64,000 nucleotides of DNA from Fibrobacteria bacterium (GTDB taxonomy: Bacteria > Fibrobacterota > Fibrobacteria > UBA11236). The notes under the pieces were generated by a model. It had not been told where the DNA came from. It saw nothing but the letters and a program-made list of their open reading frames with translations, and searched no databases. Numbering within the stretch: position 1 is the first letter of the stretch; every line of letters starts with the position of its first letter. The position numbers and the translations under genes were made by a program. The stretch covers positions 32,001 to 96,000 of the forward strand of contig JAYTSD010000008.1 in assembly GCA_043745805.1 (NCBI GenBank), written 5' to 3'. Shown piece by piece: positions 10,383-20,135 of this stretch.

Positions 10383-11984
10383 TTAATACTTAAATCCTGA
10401 AACAGCTTGTCCTAATTCACCGGCAAGATTATCTAATTGCTGAATGCTTTCTTGAATAGTTTTTGCACCTATAGAAGTATTTTTGGCCAGATTACTAACC
10501 GAAATAAAACTACCGGAAACTTCTTCAATCCAATTCGACGTGCTGCGTAAATTTTCATTCATAATATGTGAGGATTGATTTACCGAATTTAAATTAATTG
10601 AAACTTCATTCACCGTAGAGCTTTGTTCATGTACCGCTGCCGCAATGATACTGGCAATACTATTTACCTGTTCAATAATGCCGGCTATTTCTTGAATCGC
10701 CATCACGGATTCCGATGTATTGTCCCTAATGAGTTGAATAGTTTTTCCAATTTCATTAGTCGCTTCAGTAGTTTGCTTGGATAATTCTTTAACCTCCTTC
10801 GCAACCACGGCAAAGCCCAATCCAAATTCACCTGCACGAGTAGCTTCAATTGTTGCATTAAGCGCGAGTAAATTTGTGCGATTAGCAATGCCGGAAATAA
10901 CTCCCAGCACCTTACCTATTTCTTCGCCGGCTTTTTCTAAACGACTTACCAGTTTTTGAGCTTGCTGCGCTTTATCATTTGCCAAAGAAGCAATTTGGGA
11001 TTCTTTTTGACAATTTTCCGAAACTTCATTCATGGAAGCATTCACTTGAGTGAGTGAATTAGTAATGATATCAACGTTTTGAAATATTTTTTCAACACTT
11101 CCACTGACTTCGCGCATTTTAGTTGTGGCTTCACCTGCTGAAGCAGATACTTGCGTCGCTGACTCCGACATTTTCTCAGAATCTGAAACCATTCTACTGG
11201 AGTTTTCCGATAATAAACTGGAGGCACTAGTTAAAGTTGTAGTTTGTTTTGCCACCAAACTAATAATGCCTTGTAACTTAGCCAATACACTGTCGAATAG
11301 ACGCGCCATGATTCCGACTTCATTTCCAGAAGTCATGCCAATGCGTTTACGCAAATCACCTTCCCCTTGGGCAATATCTTCTAATTGCCGACTAACCTGA
11401 CCCAAAGGACGTATGACAATACTTTTTAATACTAAAACTAATGAACCTGCTATTAATATATTTAGTAATAGTGCAAATCCAGCGCAAAAATAAATTAATT
11501 GGCGAACTTGTTTTTTGGTTTGCGTTTCCATTTCCGAAATTTTTGTTTGTAAAATTTTTTCGGATAAGCCTAAAGTCAAAAATGCTAATGGAGCGCCTTC
11601 ACCAAAGGCTACTGGCATTTTAAATTTTATAAGTGAAGCCGTATCTACAGTTGAATCGGATTTTTTAGTAAACACATCTTTATCCGCTACATTGCGAATG
11701 GAAACATATACCGCTTCGGGATCAGTAAATAATTCGGTGGCAAACCCATTTAAGGCAAATTGGTCATCGGTAACCACGGCTTGAAATGATATTTTTGCTA
11801 AAAAACTACCCAATAAATTTCCTTTTTTATCTAAAGCTTCGCGCAAAAGTCCTGCTTCGCGATAGTTGGCTGAAAGCATTTGTTTTTTCATTTGTTTGAT
11901 GGAAAATATCGCAGAAAAAATAATGATAGTACTCAAAATTCCTGTACTAATTAATAAAAAACTGGCCGATAATTTAAGCTTCAT
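10383..11984 (-). CDS. Methyl-accepting chemotaxis protein with small periplasmic domain
   Basis: Two TM, HAMP (GEGDL...NEVG), [30 protein letters not shown]. Confidence 0.92.
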   Translation of the reverse strand: MKLKLSASFLLISTGILSTIIIFSAIFSIKQMKKQMLSANYREAGLLREALDKKGNLLGSFLAKISFQAVVTDDQFALNGFATELFTDPEAVYVSIRNVADKDVFTKKSDSTVDTASLIKFKMPVAFGEGAPLAFLTLGLSEKILQTKISEMETQTKKQVRQLIYFCAGFALLLNILIAGSLVLVLKSIVIRPLGQVSRQLEDIAQGEGDLRKRIGMTSGNEVGIMARLFDSVLAKLQGIISLVAKQTTTLTSASSLLSENSSRMVSDSEKMSESATQVSASAGEATTKMREVSGSVEKIFQNVDIITNSLTQVNASMNEVSENCQKESQIASLANDKAQQAQKLVSRLEKAGEEIGKVLGVISGIANRTNLLALNATIEATRAGEFGLGFAVVAKEVKELSKQTTEATNEIGKTIQLIRDNTSESVMAIQEIAGIIEQVNSIASIIAAAVHEQSSTVNEVSINLNSVNQSSHIMNENLRSTSNWIEEVSGSFISVSNLAKNTSIGAKTIQESIQQLDNLAGELGQAVSGFKY

Positions 11985-12040
11985 AAAGCAAGTAACTCCT
12001 ATAAACGCTCATTCATGTTTGCAAAGACGATCACATTTTG

Positions 12041-12076
12041 AATTGGCACCTTCGCGGAAAAACGAGAGTGCCAATT
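12041..12076 (-). terminator. Intergenic stem-loop between binding-protein gene and MCP
   Basis: AATTGGCAC...GTGCCAATT 9 bp stem extended by inner pairs; no strong U-tract on the minus strand. Confidence 0.5.
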
Positions 12077-12092
12077 TATTATACAGGATGGA

Positions 12093-12506
12093 TTATTTTA
12101 TATCCAATGCTTTCACACTAGCATCCACTTCTGCTTTATCCACATAGCCTATCGCTCCAGGAATAGCCGCTACCATGGCTTTTACCGCCTTGGAATTTTG
12201 CTGCATCATAGGAGGCACACCGTTACCTTTAACCTTTTGTTCCACCCAAAACTGCTTATAATCCGCAATACTTTGGCCCAAAACATCTTTGGCAAATTCT
12301 ACTTTAGCCGCATTATCATCGGATAAATTAATAGGTGTAACTTTTTTACCATCAAAGTCGGTTAGCTTGCCGGTAAAGAGGCGTTTTAACTCTGTTTTAG
12401 AAATAGCACTTGCTCCCGTGGAGGAATTTGCAATGACCACAAAATCCCCTGCAAAAGCCGATACGCTTACAAGGAGTGCTGCTGAAATGATATTTAGTTT
12501 TTTCAT
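12093..12506 (-). CDS. Small secreted periplasmic-binding-protein-like protein (PstS/PBP2-like single lobe)
   Basis: Signal peptide (VSAFA), VVIAN, ELKRLFTGK, VAAIPGAIGYV C-terminal motif typical of this family. Confidence 0.75.
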   Translation of the reverse strand: MKKLNIISAALLVSVSAFAGDFVVIANSSTGASAISKTELKRLFTGKLTDFDGKKVTPINLSDDNAAKVEFAKDVLGQSIADYKQFWVEQKVKGNGVPPMMQQNSKAVKAMVAAIPGAIGYVDKAEVDASVKALDIK

Positions 12507-12526
12507 TTGTTTATTCCCCTTTCTAA

Positions 12527-13927
12527 TTAAAATGCTATGGCGAATTGGCCGCTAAAGGAACTAATGTCTAAGTCAGAGTCTGAATATTTGTTAGTTGAAT
12601 ATGGAAGTAAAGGCGCTGCATCAAGCTTTTTTATTTTTGCCATACTATATTCGAACTTCACATATAAATTTCCATATAATCCAACATTTACACCACCAAT
12701 AAAGGAGTCAAAGCCTTCCATCGGTAAATAGCCTAGGTCATGTGAGGCTCCACTATTTTTAATATTTTCCCATGAAATAGATTCATACATGAAGTAAGGT
12801 GTAACTGAAAGCCATTCTTTTGCAGGTAACTTATAACCAACAATACCATAATAACCAAGATATTTGGATTCTGCATCATTCATTAATTCATTTTTTGTGG
12901 TACGTTGATTAAATTCTGCCTGGATGAAAGCGCCTTGATAATCCAAACGTAAATCGACTCCTAAAGCAAGATGTCGATCTTGTATAGTTGCTTCATTGTC
13001 AAAAATATTTTTATCGTCTCCGGGAGGTAACATTAAATAATTTCCGTATTTAATCCCATTGAAACCTGTTGAGTCAAAAAAGTTTGTTATTGCTGTCGTC
13101 CTTTCACCCACAATGGTAAATGGCGATTTGCGTGAAATCCCACTATATCCTGAAAGCCCAATCTTTGTTTTAACCGGTAAATCAAGCTTTAACCCAACAT
13201 GGCTTCCTCCTGAAAGAAAGCTGGCATCTTTTACCACATTGCCTTCTGGATCTGATCCAGTACTTACATAAACGGAGTAATCATAGTCATTGTCTCCAAA
13301 AAAACCATTTCCAAAAACCGTTATTCCCTCTTGTCTTACTGGAAAAATTGGAATAAGTGTGGTTTGATAAGGTTGTTTAATCGGTAAAATAACTGGTGAA
13401 CCATGATCCACATTCCAAATTCCAGCCGGTGTAATAAATCGACCTATTCTGAAATTCACATATTGATCGAGCATCACTTCAAAATAAGCTCGATTAATTT
13501 GGGGAAGTCCAATTTTTGATTCTGCTTTTGCCTTGAAAGCAGTATCAACTCTTGTTGCAGTTACTCCCCCGAGAGTTAATCCAGCCTTTACCGTAGCTGG
13601 AAGCTGATCGTAACCAGCTAAATGCGTGACAATAATTCTCTGGTCAACAGCATCACTTAAGGTTTTATTATCTGCAAATCCCATTTCTAATAAAGCACGT
13701 GTTTTGCTATTTGGCTTCCAATCACTATAAATATTAAAGTGATTTAAGCCATAATGAAAATCATCTGTAACAAAATTGTACAGAAAGCTATTTTTTTTAA
13801 TCGTTGATTGTGAAAAACTTGCATCCGCAAACCCATATACATTAAAACTACTTTCTTCTGCGCTAGCCTGCTGTATTCCTAACAGTCCCAAGCTCAAGGT
13901 TAAAGTGGCAATTCCCATTCTATTCAT
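12527..13927 (-). CDS. Outer-membrane porin-like beta-barrel
   Basis: Signal peptide, VYGFAD start, RIGRFITPAGIWN motif, C-terminal FAIAF aromatic. Confidence 0.75.
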   Translation of the reverse strand: MNRMGIATLTLSLGLLGIQQASAEESSFNVYGFADASFSQSTIKKNSFLYNFVTDDFHYGLNHFNIYSDWKPNSKTRALLEMGFADNKTLSDAVDQRIIVTHLAGYDQLPATVKAGLTLGGVTATRVDTAFKAKAESKIGLPQINRAYFEVMLDQYVNFRIGRFITPAGIWNVDHGSPVILPIKQPYQTTLIPIFPVRQEGITVFGNGFFGDNDYDYSVYVSTGSDPEGNVVKDASFLSGGSHVGLKLDLPVKTKIGLSGYSGISRKSPFTIVGERTTAITNFFDSTGFNGIKYGNYLMLPPGDDKNIFDNEATIQDRHLALGVDLRLDYQGAFIQAEFNQRTTKNELMNDAESKYLGYYGIVGYKLPAKEWLSVTPYFMYESISWENIKNSGASHDLGYLPMEGFDSFIGGVNVGLYGNLYVKFEYSMAKIKKLDAAPLLPYSTNKYSDSDLDISSFSGQFAIAF

Positions 13928-13968
13928 CTATCTACTCCGTGGTTTAGTGGATGGCTTATTATATCATG

Positions 13969-14037
13969 TGTTACAATAGTTGCAACAAATATTTTAATTT
14001 TTAACAATTTATAACAGAAACAAATCAATTTATAACA
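13969..14037 (-). promoter_or_regulatory. Candidate operator region of the porin-PBP-MCP operon
   Basis: Imperfect palindrome TGTTACAA-TAG-TTGCAACA (13969-13987) and exact direct repeat CAATTTATAACA at 14005 and 14026. Confidence 0.45.
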
Positions 14038-14070
14038 AAAAAAACAACTATCAAAATGACAGTTGTTTTT
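14037..14070 (-). terminator. Intrinsic terminator for the 14109-15164 gene
   Basis: Minus strand AAAAACAACTGTC-ATTTT-GATAGTTGTTTTT stem running into a long T tract. Confidence 0.65.
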
Positions 14071-14108
14071 ACTTAAACAAGTATTTAAAGTGAACTATAT
14101 TTTTATAG

Positions 14109-15164
14109 TTACCGTATCACACCGGTCAATCGACCGGCTAAGCCAATATCCATAAAGTCGGCATGCGTAGCATCCGAAAATAATCCGCCTTCGAAAATAG
14201 CACGTCCAAACAATGTTTTTTTACCATATAAATTAAAAAATACCGGCTTATCTTTTTTGTCAACTTGTCGATTAGGATCAAATTCAAATTCAATAGCTGC
14301 GGCATCTAATAATTTCCAGAAAGGAAAAGTAATACCAAACATAGTCGGAATCTGATCGTCTTGAATATTTGCTTGCTGAATTAAACCCGATTCTATATAG
14401 GCGATGCAATTGGTCGTGATCACATAATTCGCTCCAAAATCGAATCGATTTAAAATATTTTCATTTTCATAATAAAATTTATCGAACAAATTTGATTTAT
14501 AAGCAATGGAGAGCTTTACGGCTTCTAAGGGATGGTATTTCACATACAGTCGAATAAAGCCACGATTCAAATTGGGATCATTGGTTCCCAACATGGCCGA
14601 AACCGACAAGTTACCCTGAGAATTAATACCTTCCACGGCATTATGTGTGGCATTGCGCCCTTTAAATTGTCCATTTTCACTTTGATCTACATAATTTCCA
14701 AAATGTTCGGAATTAGTTTCCTTGGTTTCAAAACGCCCTACCCTTAAGGATAAAAGTGGCGTGGTATATTTCACCCAAGCATGATTGATTTGTACTTTGG
14801 AAACGGAACTCGATTGAGTTTTTACACTGCCTTGTCCTAAGGTATCAAAGGTAATTCCGGTTAAGGAAGCATAACCAAACCCTTCGGGGTAAATACGAAT
14901 ATTAAATTTGGATTCCCATTCACTATCATGGGTTTCGGCTCCAATATTTAACCTTCCCCATAAAGCATCTAAATTGTTACCCCATTTATCGGTGTAAATA
15001 GATTTTTCGCCTTGCATTTCAATATTACTTTTCCATTGTAAGTCATCTTCAGAAAAAGCCTTTCCCCCTAAGAGCAATGGAAAAATAGCAAGGCATATTT
15101 TAAGCCAAGACTTTTTTGCTGTGGTAAAAAATAGAGTAACAAATAGGGCTGGAACAAATCGCAT
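14109..15164 (-). CDS. Hypothetical secreted or outer-membrane beta-barrel protein
   Basis: GGAGG RBS before ATG at 15164; signal-like N-terminus; INHAWVKY...LRVGRF porin-like strands. Confidence 0.6.
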   Translation of the reverse strand: MRFVPALFVTLFFTTAKKSWLKICLAIFPLLLGGKAFSEDDLQWKSNIEMQGEKSIYTDKWGNNLDALWGRLNIGAETHDSEWESKFNIRIYPEGFGYASLTGITFDTLGQGSVKTQSSSVSKVQINHAWVKYTTPLLSLRVGRFETKETNSEHFGNYVDQSENGQFKGRNATHNAVEGINSQGNLSVSAMLGTNDPNLNRGFIRLYVKYHPLEAVKLSIAYKSNLFDKFYYENENILNRFDFGANYVITTNCIAYIESGLIQQANIQDDQIPTMFGITFPFWKLLDAAAIEFEFDPNRQVDKKDKPVFFNLYGKKTLFGRAIFEGGLFSDATHADFMDIGLAGRLTGVIR

Positions 15165-15306
15165 TAAAACCTCCACGAACTGCAAAAATTATCCTATGTA
15201 GTCCTTATTAAGTCAAGGCATGACCGCTTATGCATCGATAAAAATTCCTTAGCGGGAAATAATTACTATCAGATTTAGAGGAAGTGCTTCTTAAAGTGAA
15301 GGTAAC

Positions 15307-16185
15307 TTAAATGTTACCTTTATCAAAGCGACCAAATAGCTCATTGACTTGCAGCAGCCCGGAAAAAAAATTTTCCGATAAAGAAAGCTTGCGTAAACTC
15401 TCTCCGGCACTCGCAATATTTTCTTCAATGTCTTCCGGCAATTCAATTATAAAATTTTTATTGCGTGGCGAGGCAATGGATTTACCTGAACAAAATTTCG
15501 GATTGGAATAACTATAGAACATACGGCATGAAAAAGGGCGGGCAGCATATACTCCGCAACGCCCATCGCCTTGCAGAAAGGGGCAGCTTTGGTTTTTTAA
15601 AAAATAACGATAAAGCGCTATGTCTTCAGCTTCTTCAGTCGGCTTTTCATTTTGCAGTATTTGATGATAGATGCTTGCCCGTTGGTGTAGGGAAAATATT
15701 AAACCGGAATACTCGGGAAGCTCACGTATATGCGCATGCACAAAGAGCAATTCAAAAGGTTCCACCGAGGTTACATAATGGGAACAGCAATGCGAACATC
15801 CTTTTTGACATTGCACCGGTGACTCGCCGGTAGCCAAAAGCGCCGCGATATACTCATCATAAGCCATATAAAGTGAAGGTAAACATTCTTCTATTTTGTG
15901 AAGTATGTCATTAAAAGGAATTTCTTTTTTTGACGATACGCTATGAGTATTTATTTTTTCTTTAAGAAGTAAAGATTCACTTCTTAATTTTTCTTCGGCC
16001 AGCAATACCTTTTTATCCTTAAACTCAAATTTTGGACCGTTCATTTCAGGCCGTGTGAGCCTATTCGAAACGACAGGGGGCAAAGGCGATGATTCTGCAA
16101 TAGAGGCAGTAGAGGCGTATGTTTCGGGTTTTGAAAATTCAAATTTAATGCTTTTAGAATTATGTTGACCAATTGTGTTTCCCAC
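15307..16185 (-). CDS. YkgJ/CxxCxxCC-family cysteine-cluster protein
   Basis: CQKGCSHCC and CPFL...CGVYAARPFSCRMF; start uncertain. Confidence 0.8.
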   Translation of the reverse strand: MGNTIGQHNSKSIKFEFSKPETYASTASIAESSPLPPVVSNRLTRPEMNGPKFEFKDKKVLLAEEKLRSESLLLKEKINTHSVSSKKEIPFNDILHKIEECLPSLYMAYDEYIAALLATGESPVQCQKGCSHCCSHYVTSVEPFELLFVHAHIRELPEYSGLIFSLHQRASIYHQILQNEKPTEEAEDIALYRYFLKNQSCPFLQGDGRCGVYAARPFSCRMFYSYSNPKFCSGKSIASPRNKNFIIELPEDIEENIASAGESLRKLSLSENFFSGLLQVNELFGRFDKGNI

Positions 16186-16206
16186 CCCTAGAATCTAGGA
16201 AAAGTA

Positions 16207-17583
16207 ATGGAGTGTGCGATGCAGAAACTATCATCATCTTGGAGAAATGGGTTCTTTTTAATCCTAATCGCCATAGCGGGCTGTAATGTATTTAATCCCA
16301 GTGGTGAAGGCGATGCGGGTAATTCATCGGAGGGACAATTAGCCGAAGGGGAAGCCCAATTTCGATCCTTAAATTTCAAAGGGGCTATGGAAGCCTATAA
16401 AAAAGCCATCGATAAGGATAGCACCAATGCCATGGGTTATTATGGCTATGCAAAATCAGTAATGCAATATTATCAAATTAATGCGGCGTCCATGTTGGCT
16501 CAAGTACAAGGCGTAACTGGCGCGCAAAAATCTATTCCTTTCATTGGCGAAACTGATGGACAGCTCACTTATTATTTACAAGCGGGATCAAAGGTTAGAA
16601 AAGCACTCAGCGCTTTAACATTGAGAGATACGCTTACGCAATGGTTTAATTATGCACAAAATCCTAATGCTAAAAGCACATTAAAAGATCCTTTATCCGC
16701 AAAAAGAATTGCGTTCATTAAAAATTATTTAGCCGATGCCGAAGCAGGCAAATTAGGAAACTATAAAGCGAATCAATTTCCGTTGAGTGATTTTTCCATT
16801 TCCTACTCGAAAATAATTGCGGATTATGGATTTGTGGAATTGATGTATGCTATGTCGCATATCCGTGATTTAGATGGAAACGATACTATTGACTCGCGTG
16901 ACGATTTAATGAAGAAGTTAACCTTTGGATTAGATCCTTCAAAAGGTTTAAAAATTGACAACTTTAAAGATATTCAGGCGGACTTAATTAGTAATGACAC
17001 TACTCGGCAAAATTTAAATCAACTCATTCAAAATGTATCCGCAGGTGTTAACTCAGCAAGCACGGTTATAAATCTACTAGGCATTTCATTACCCGGCAGT
17101 AGTGATTCGGGTAGCGATACACTTTCAAATAAACAACTCACTGATAAAGTAAGTGGCAATGTGGATAGCGTTATCGGGTCCTTGGGAAGTGCTATTACTT
17201 TCTATCAATTTGGCGATGGCAAAGACAATGATGGCGATGGCTGTATCGATGAAGAAATATTAGATGGTAAAGATAATGATGGCGATGGTTTTACCGATGA
17301 AGATGCACGCGTGATCAACCCTCCCCTTCCCGATAATGTGGATAATGATAATAGTGGGACCAAAGATTTATTTGACACCGACGAAGCTTTGGACCCAAGC
17401 TTTCTATTACTTTTTACTAAGCACACTGATTTTATCACCGGACCCAAATATAAAGATCAAGCCTTTCGTATACGTATTCAAGCCGATTCCCTTAAACCAG
17501 GAATAGTTTTAAGTACGCATTTAAAAGCGGAACTCGATTCAGCTAAAGCGCAAGTTGGCGGTTGCTGGAACAATTATAAATAA
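16207..17583 (+). CDS. Lipoprotein with N-terminal TPR-like helix pair and C-terminal acidic DxDxDG repeats
   Basis: Lipobox IAIAG-C; AMEAYKKAIDKDSTNAMGYYG TPR-like; DGKDNDGDGCIDEE / DGKDNDGDGFTDED; start may be 16219. Confidence 0.7.
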   Translation: MECAMQKLSSSWRNGFFLILIAIAGCNVFNPSGEGDAGNSSEGQLAEGEAQFRSLNFKGAMEAYKKAIDKDSTNAMGYYGYAKSVMQYYQINAASMLAQVQGVTGAQKSIPFIGETDGQLTYYLQAGSKVRKALSALTLRDTLTQWFNYAQNPNAKSTLKDPLSAKRIAFIKNYLADAEAGKLGNYKANQFPLSDFSISYSKIIADYGFVELMYAMSHIRDLDGNDTIDSRDDLMKKLTFGLDPSKGLKIDNFKDIQADLISNDTTRQNLNQLIQNVSAGVNSASTVINLLGISLPGSSDSGSDTLSNKQLTDKVSGNVDSVIGSLGSAITFYQFGDGKDNDGDGCIDEEILDGKDNDGDGFTDEDARVINPPLPDNVDNDNSGTKDLFDTDEALDPSFLLLFTKHTDFITGPKYKDQAFRIRIQADSLKPGIVLSTHLKAELDSAKAQVGGCWNNYK

Positions 17584-17597
17584 TCAGAGGGCATCAA

Positions 17598-18824
17598 ATG
17601 AAAAATCCAAAATCTTCGCTATGCTCATTATCCTTAATGAGTTCAATGCTATTAAATCTTGCTGTGCCACAAATTATTTTTGCGGCAGGCGGTCCATTAC
17701 ATCGTACTTTAAGGCCTTTAGCGATGGGTAACGCTTTTGTAGCAGTATCCGATGATAAAGATGCCATGCATTATAACCCTGCGGGGCTTAATTTAATGGG
17801 GCGTTTAGGGAATAAGGATAAACGACCGGAAATGGCACGTTACCCCTCCGATCGTTTTGATATGCATATGGACTTTTTTGGCACAGCTTTGCCGGTTAAT
17901 GAAGCCTTTGATATTTTAAACTTTTGGGAGAAACATCAAAAAGCATTTACTAATGTAGATAGTTTAAAAAATGATCAAAATTTAAGTTCCGACTTGGCCT
18001 TATTTGATAGGCGCCCAGTTAAAATAGAAGTGATGCACGGTGGTGAGCTAGCTATGCATAATTTTGGTATGGCTTATTGGGCCGATGCGCAAATTGCACC
18101 TTATGCTGATGTGGGCGTTTTGTTACCCCAAGCCGGTGTAGAATATGTACAATTAGATGTGGTGGGACAAATTGCTGGCGCAACAAGTTATTTTAATGAT
18201 CGCTTAGCAGTGGGATTAGGCTACGTCATGGCCAAACGTGATCATATTGGAAATTGGCAAATCGCCTTGACCGATTTACAAGCCTCCAAACGCAAAGCAT
18301 TGAGTAAAGAAATTTCCGATACCTTGGATACAAAAATGAAAGGCCTTAGCGACCTAAGTACCATTGGCCATGGTGTGGACATGGGCGTACTATGGCAACA
18401 AAATCCCAATGTGCGTTTTGGTGCCGCTTGCCAAAATACTTTTATGGTACTCAATCACGATATGGTAACACCTAGGTTAACGGTTGGTGTGGATTATGCG
18501 CCTATGCTTTTACAAAATAATGGGCATTGGAAACGTAAAATTAATTTTGCCTTCGACTTAGAAGACTTATTAAATAATGAACGAAACTATAAACCCTTAA
18601 GCAAAGTAGATATGGGTGCCGAATGGGAACAAACCCTTATTCCTTGGGTGCTTAAAGGACGGCTATCGGTAGGTATGAAGGGCGGCTATGCAACAGCTGG
18701 CTTGGGAGGAAATTTATTTAGTGTTTTTTGGTATGAATTTGCCACTTGGGCGGAAGAAGGTGGCTACTATACCGGACAAATTGAAGATCGTTATTATGTA
18801 ATGAAATTTGGTATCGGCATTTAA
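17598..18824 (+). CDS. TraF/PorV/FadL-like outer-membrane barrel
   Basis: Signal peptide; RPLAMGNAFVAVSDD...YNPAGL motif; C-terminal amphipathic strand MKFGIGI. Confidence 0.75.
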   Translation: MKNPKSSLCSLSLMSSMLLNLAVPQIIFAAGGPLHRTLRPLAMGNAFVAVSDDKDAMHYNPAGLNLMGRLGNKDKRPEMARYPSDRFDMHMDFFGTALPVNEAFDILNFWEKHQKAFTNVDSLKNDQNLSSDLALFDRRPVKIEVMHGGELAMHNFGMAYWADAQIAPYADVGVLLPQAGVEYVQLDVVGQIAGATSYFNDRLAVGLGYVMAKRDHIGNWQIALTDLQASKRKALSKEISDTLDTKMKGLSDLSTIGHGVDMGVLWQQNPNVRFGAACQNTFMVLNHDMVTPRLTVGVDYAPMLLQNNGHWKRKINFAFDLEDLLNNERNYKPLSKVDMGAEWEQTLIPWVLKGRLSVGMKGGYATAGLGGNLFSVFWYEFATWAEEGGYYTGQIEDRYYVMKFGIGI

Positions 18825-18840
18825 ATGTATTTTTTTGAGC

Positions 18841-19353
18841 ATGGATGAAATGCTCATACAAGTTACCGAAAATGATGAAATCATTGGGGCCGTGCCCCGC
18901 AAGCTTTGTCATGGAAACCCCACGCTTATTCACCGCGCGATTCACATTTTGGTATTGAATCAACAAGGCCAAATGCTTTTACAAAAGCGTTCCCAAAACA
19001 AAGACACCGAACCCGGTAAATGGGATTCTTCAGTTGGCGGGCATATTGGCTTTGGACAAAGCTATGAAGAGGCGGCTATACGCGAGGCACAAGAAGAAAT
19101 TGGGGTTACCTTGGAGTCACTGCATTTTCTCTATGACTTACGCATTCGCGATGCCTTTGAAAGTGAAAATATTAAAAGCTATCTCGCTTTTTCCGAGGGA
19201 CCATTTGTGCCTTGCCCTCATGAATTGGAGACTTTACGTTTTTGGTCCAAGGCTGAAATTTTATCTTGCTTATACGACGGCACTTTCACGCCCAGTTTTG
19301 CCATGGATTTTAAACGCTTTCTACAAACGCCATGGGCGATTAAGTTACAGTAA
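18841..19353 (+). CDS. NUDIX hydrolase (YfcD/Idi-like)
   Basis: HRAIHILV, LLQKRS..K...PGKWD, GGH...AAIREAQEEIGV; ATG at 18841 likelier start than 18808. Confidence 0.85.
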   Translation: MDEMLIQVTENDEIIGAVPRKLCHGNPTLIHRAIHILVLNQQGQMLLQKRSQNKDTEPGKWDSSVGGHIGFGQSYEEAAIREAQEEIGVTLESLHFLYDLRIRDAFESENIKSYLAFSEGPFVPCPHELETLRFWSKAEILSCLYDGTFTPSFAMDFKRFLQTPWAIKLQ

Positions 19354-19424
19354 CACAATCGTTACTTCTCAGTAAGTTATTTTAGGAAGCTACTTTAAAA
19401 AGCGAAGCGTTTCTGCCAATAAAC

Positions 19425-20090
19425 TTAGCGGGTTTGATAAAATTCCACTCGCCGATTTTGCATTCGACGTTCCGCAGTATTATTAGGAGCAATAGGTGTG
19501 CTACTTCCAAAACCAGTGGCGTGTATTCTATCGGCCTCTATACCTTTGCGTAATAAATATTCACGTATTGTTTCTGCTTGGCTCTGTGTTAATTGCATAT
19601 TTTTCTTTGGCTCCAAAACGTTATCATTATGTACTTGGATTTCCCCTTCAGCCCCAGGATTAGCTTGTAAAACCCGCGCCAAACTGTCGAGTATGGGCAT
19701 GGCTTCGGATATTAATATGGATGTCCCACGGCGAAATATAATGCCTTGTACAATGCCGTTGCGTATGGGTAATGGCTTTTCATCCGGACAGCCATCCTCA
19801 TCTTTATAAAAGTTTAAAGTTTCCGCTTCGGTAGGACATTTATCCAAGGAATCGGCAATTCCATCTTTATCCCTATCATTTTCAGGACAACCATCAAAAT
19901 CGTCGATTCCATTTTTGGTTTCCATTTCCTCAGGGCAATGGTCTAAGGCATCGGGAATACCATCATTATCGCCATCCATTAAAGCCTCGGTGCCTGTTAA
20001 TAAAGGGATGGGAGGTGTATCGGCCAACAAGGGCCGAGTCATTCCCACGATTAAAAACACCGCCCAAATCCAATTACTAAAGTTCAACAT
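19425..20090 (-). CDS. OmpA C-terminal-domain protein with thrombospondin type 3 repeats
   Basis: Signal peptide; DGDNDGIPDALDHCP / DRDKDGIADSLDKCP; GFGSSTPIAPN...NRRVEF. Confidence 0.88.
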   Translation of the reverse strand: MLNFSNWIWAVFLIVGMTRPLLADTPPIPLLTGTEALMDGDNDGIPDALDHCPEEMETKNGIDDFDGCPENDRDKDGIADSLDKCPTEAETLNFYKDEDGCPDEKPLPIRNGIVQGIIFRRGTSILISEAMPILDSLARVLQANPGAEGEIQVHNDNVLEPKKNMQLTQSQAETIREYLLRKGIEADRIHATGFGSSTPIAPNNTAERRMQNRRVEFYQTR

Positions 20091-20135
20091 GCAAATTCAC
20101 CTTAAGATATTATGCAAATATTATAGCTTTATTTC

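Noticed and set aside
12093-12506. Phosphate ABC transporter (pstS)
   Set aside because: Far shorter than PstS and no pstCAB nearby
17200-17400. Nucleotide repeats as CRISPR or VNTR (also 19780-19980 and 48520-48620)
   Set aside because: They are coding repeats for acidic peptide motifs; no repeat-spacer structure or cas genes
17598-18824. Conjugative element suggested by TraF-like similarity
   Set aside because: No relaxase, VirB4, coupling protein, integrase or att sites in the window
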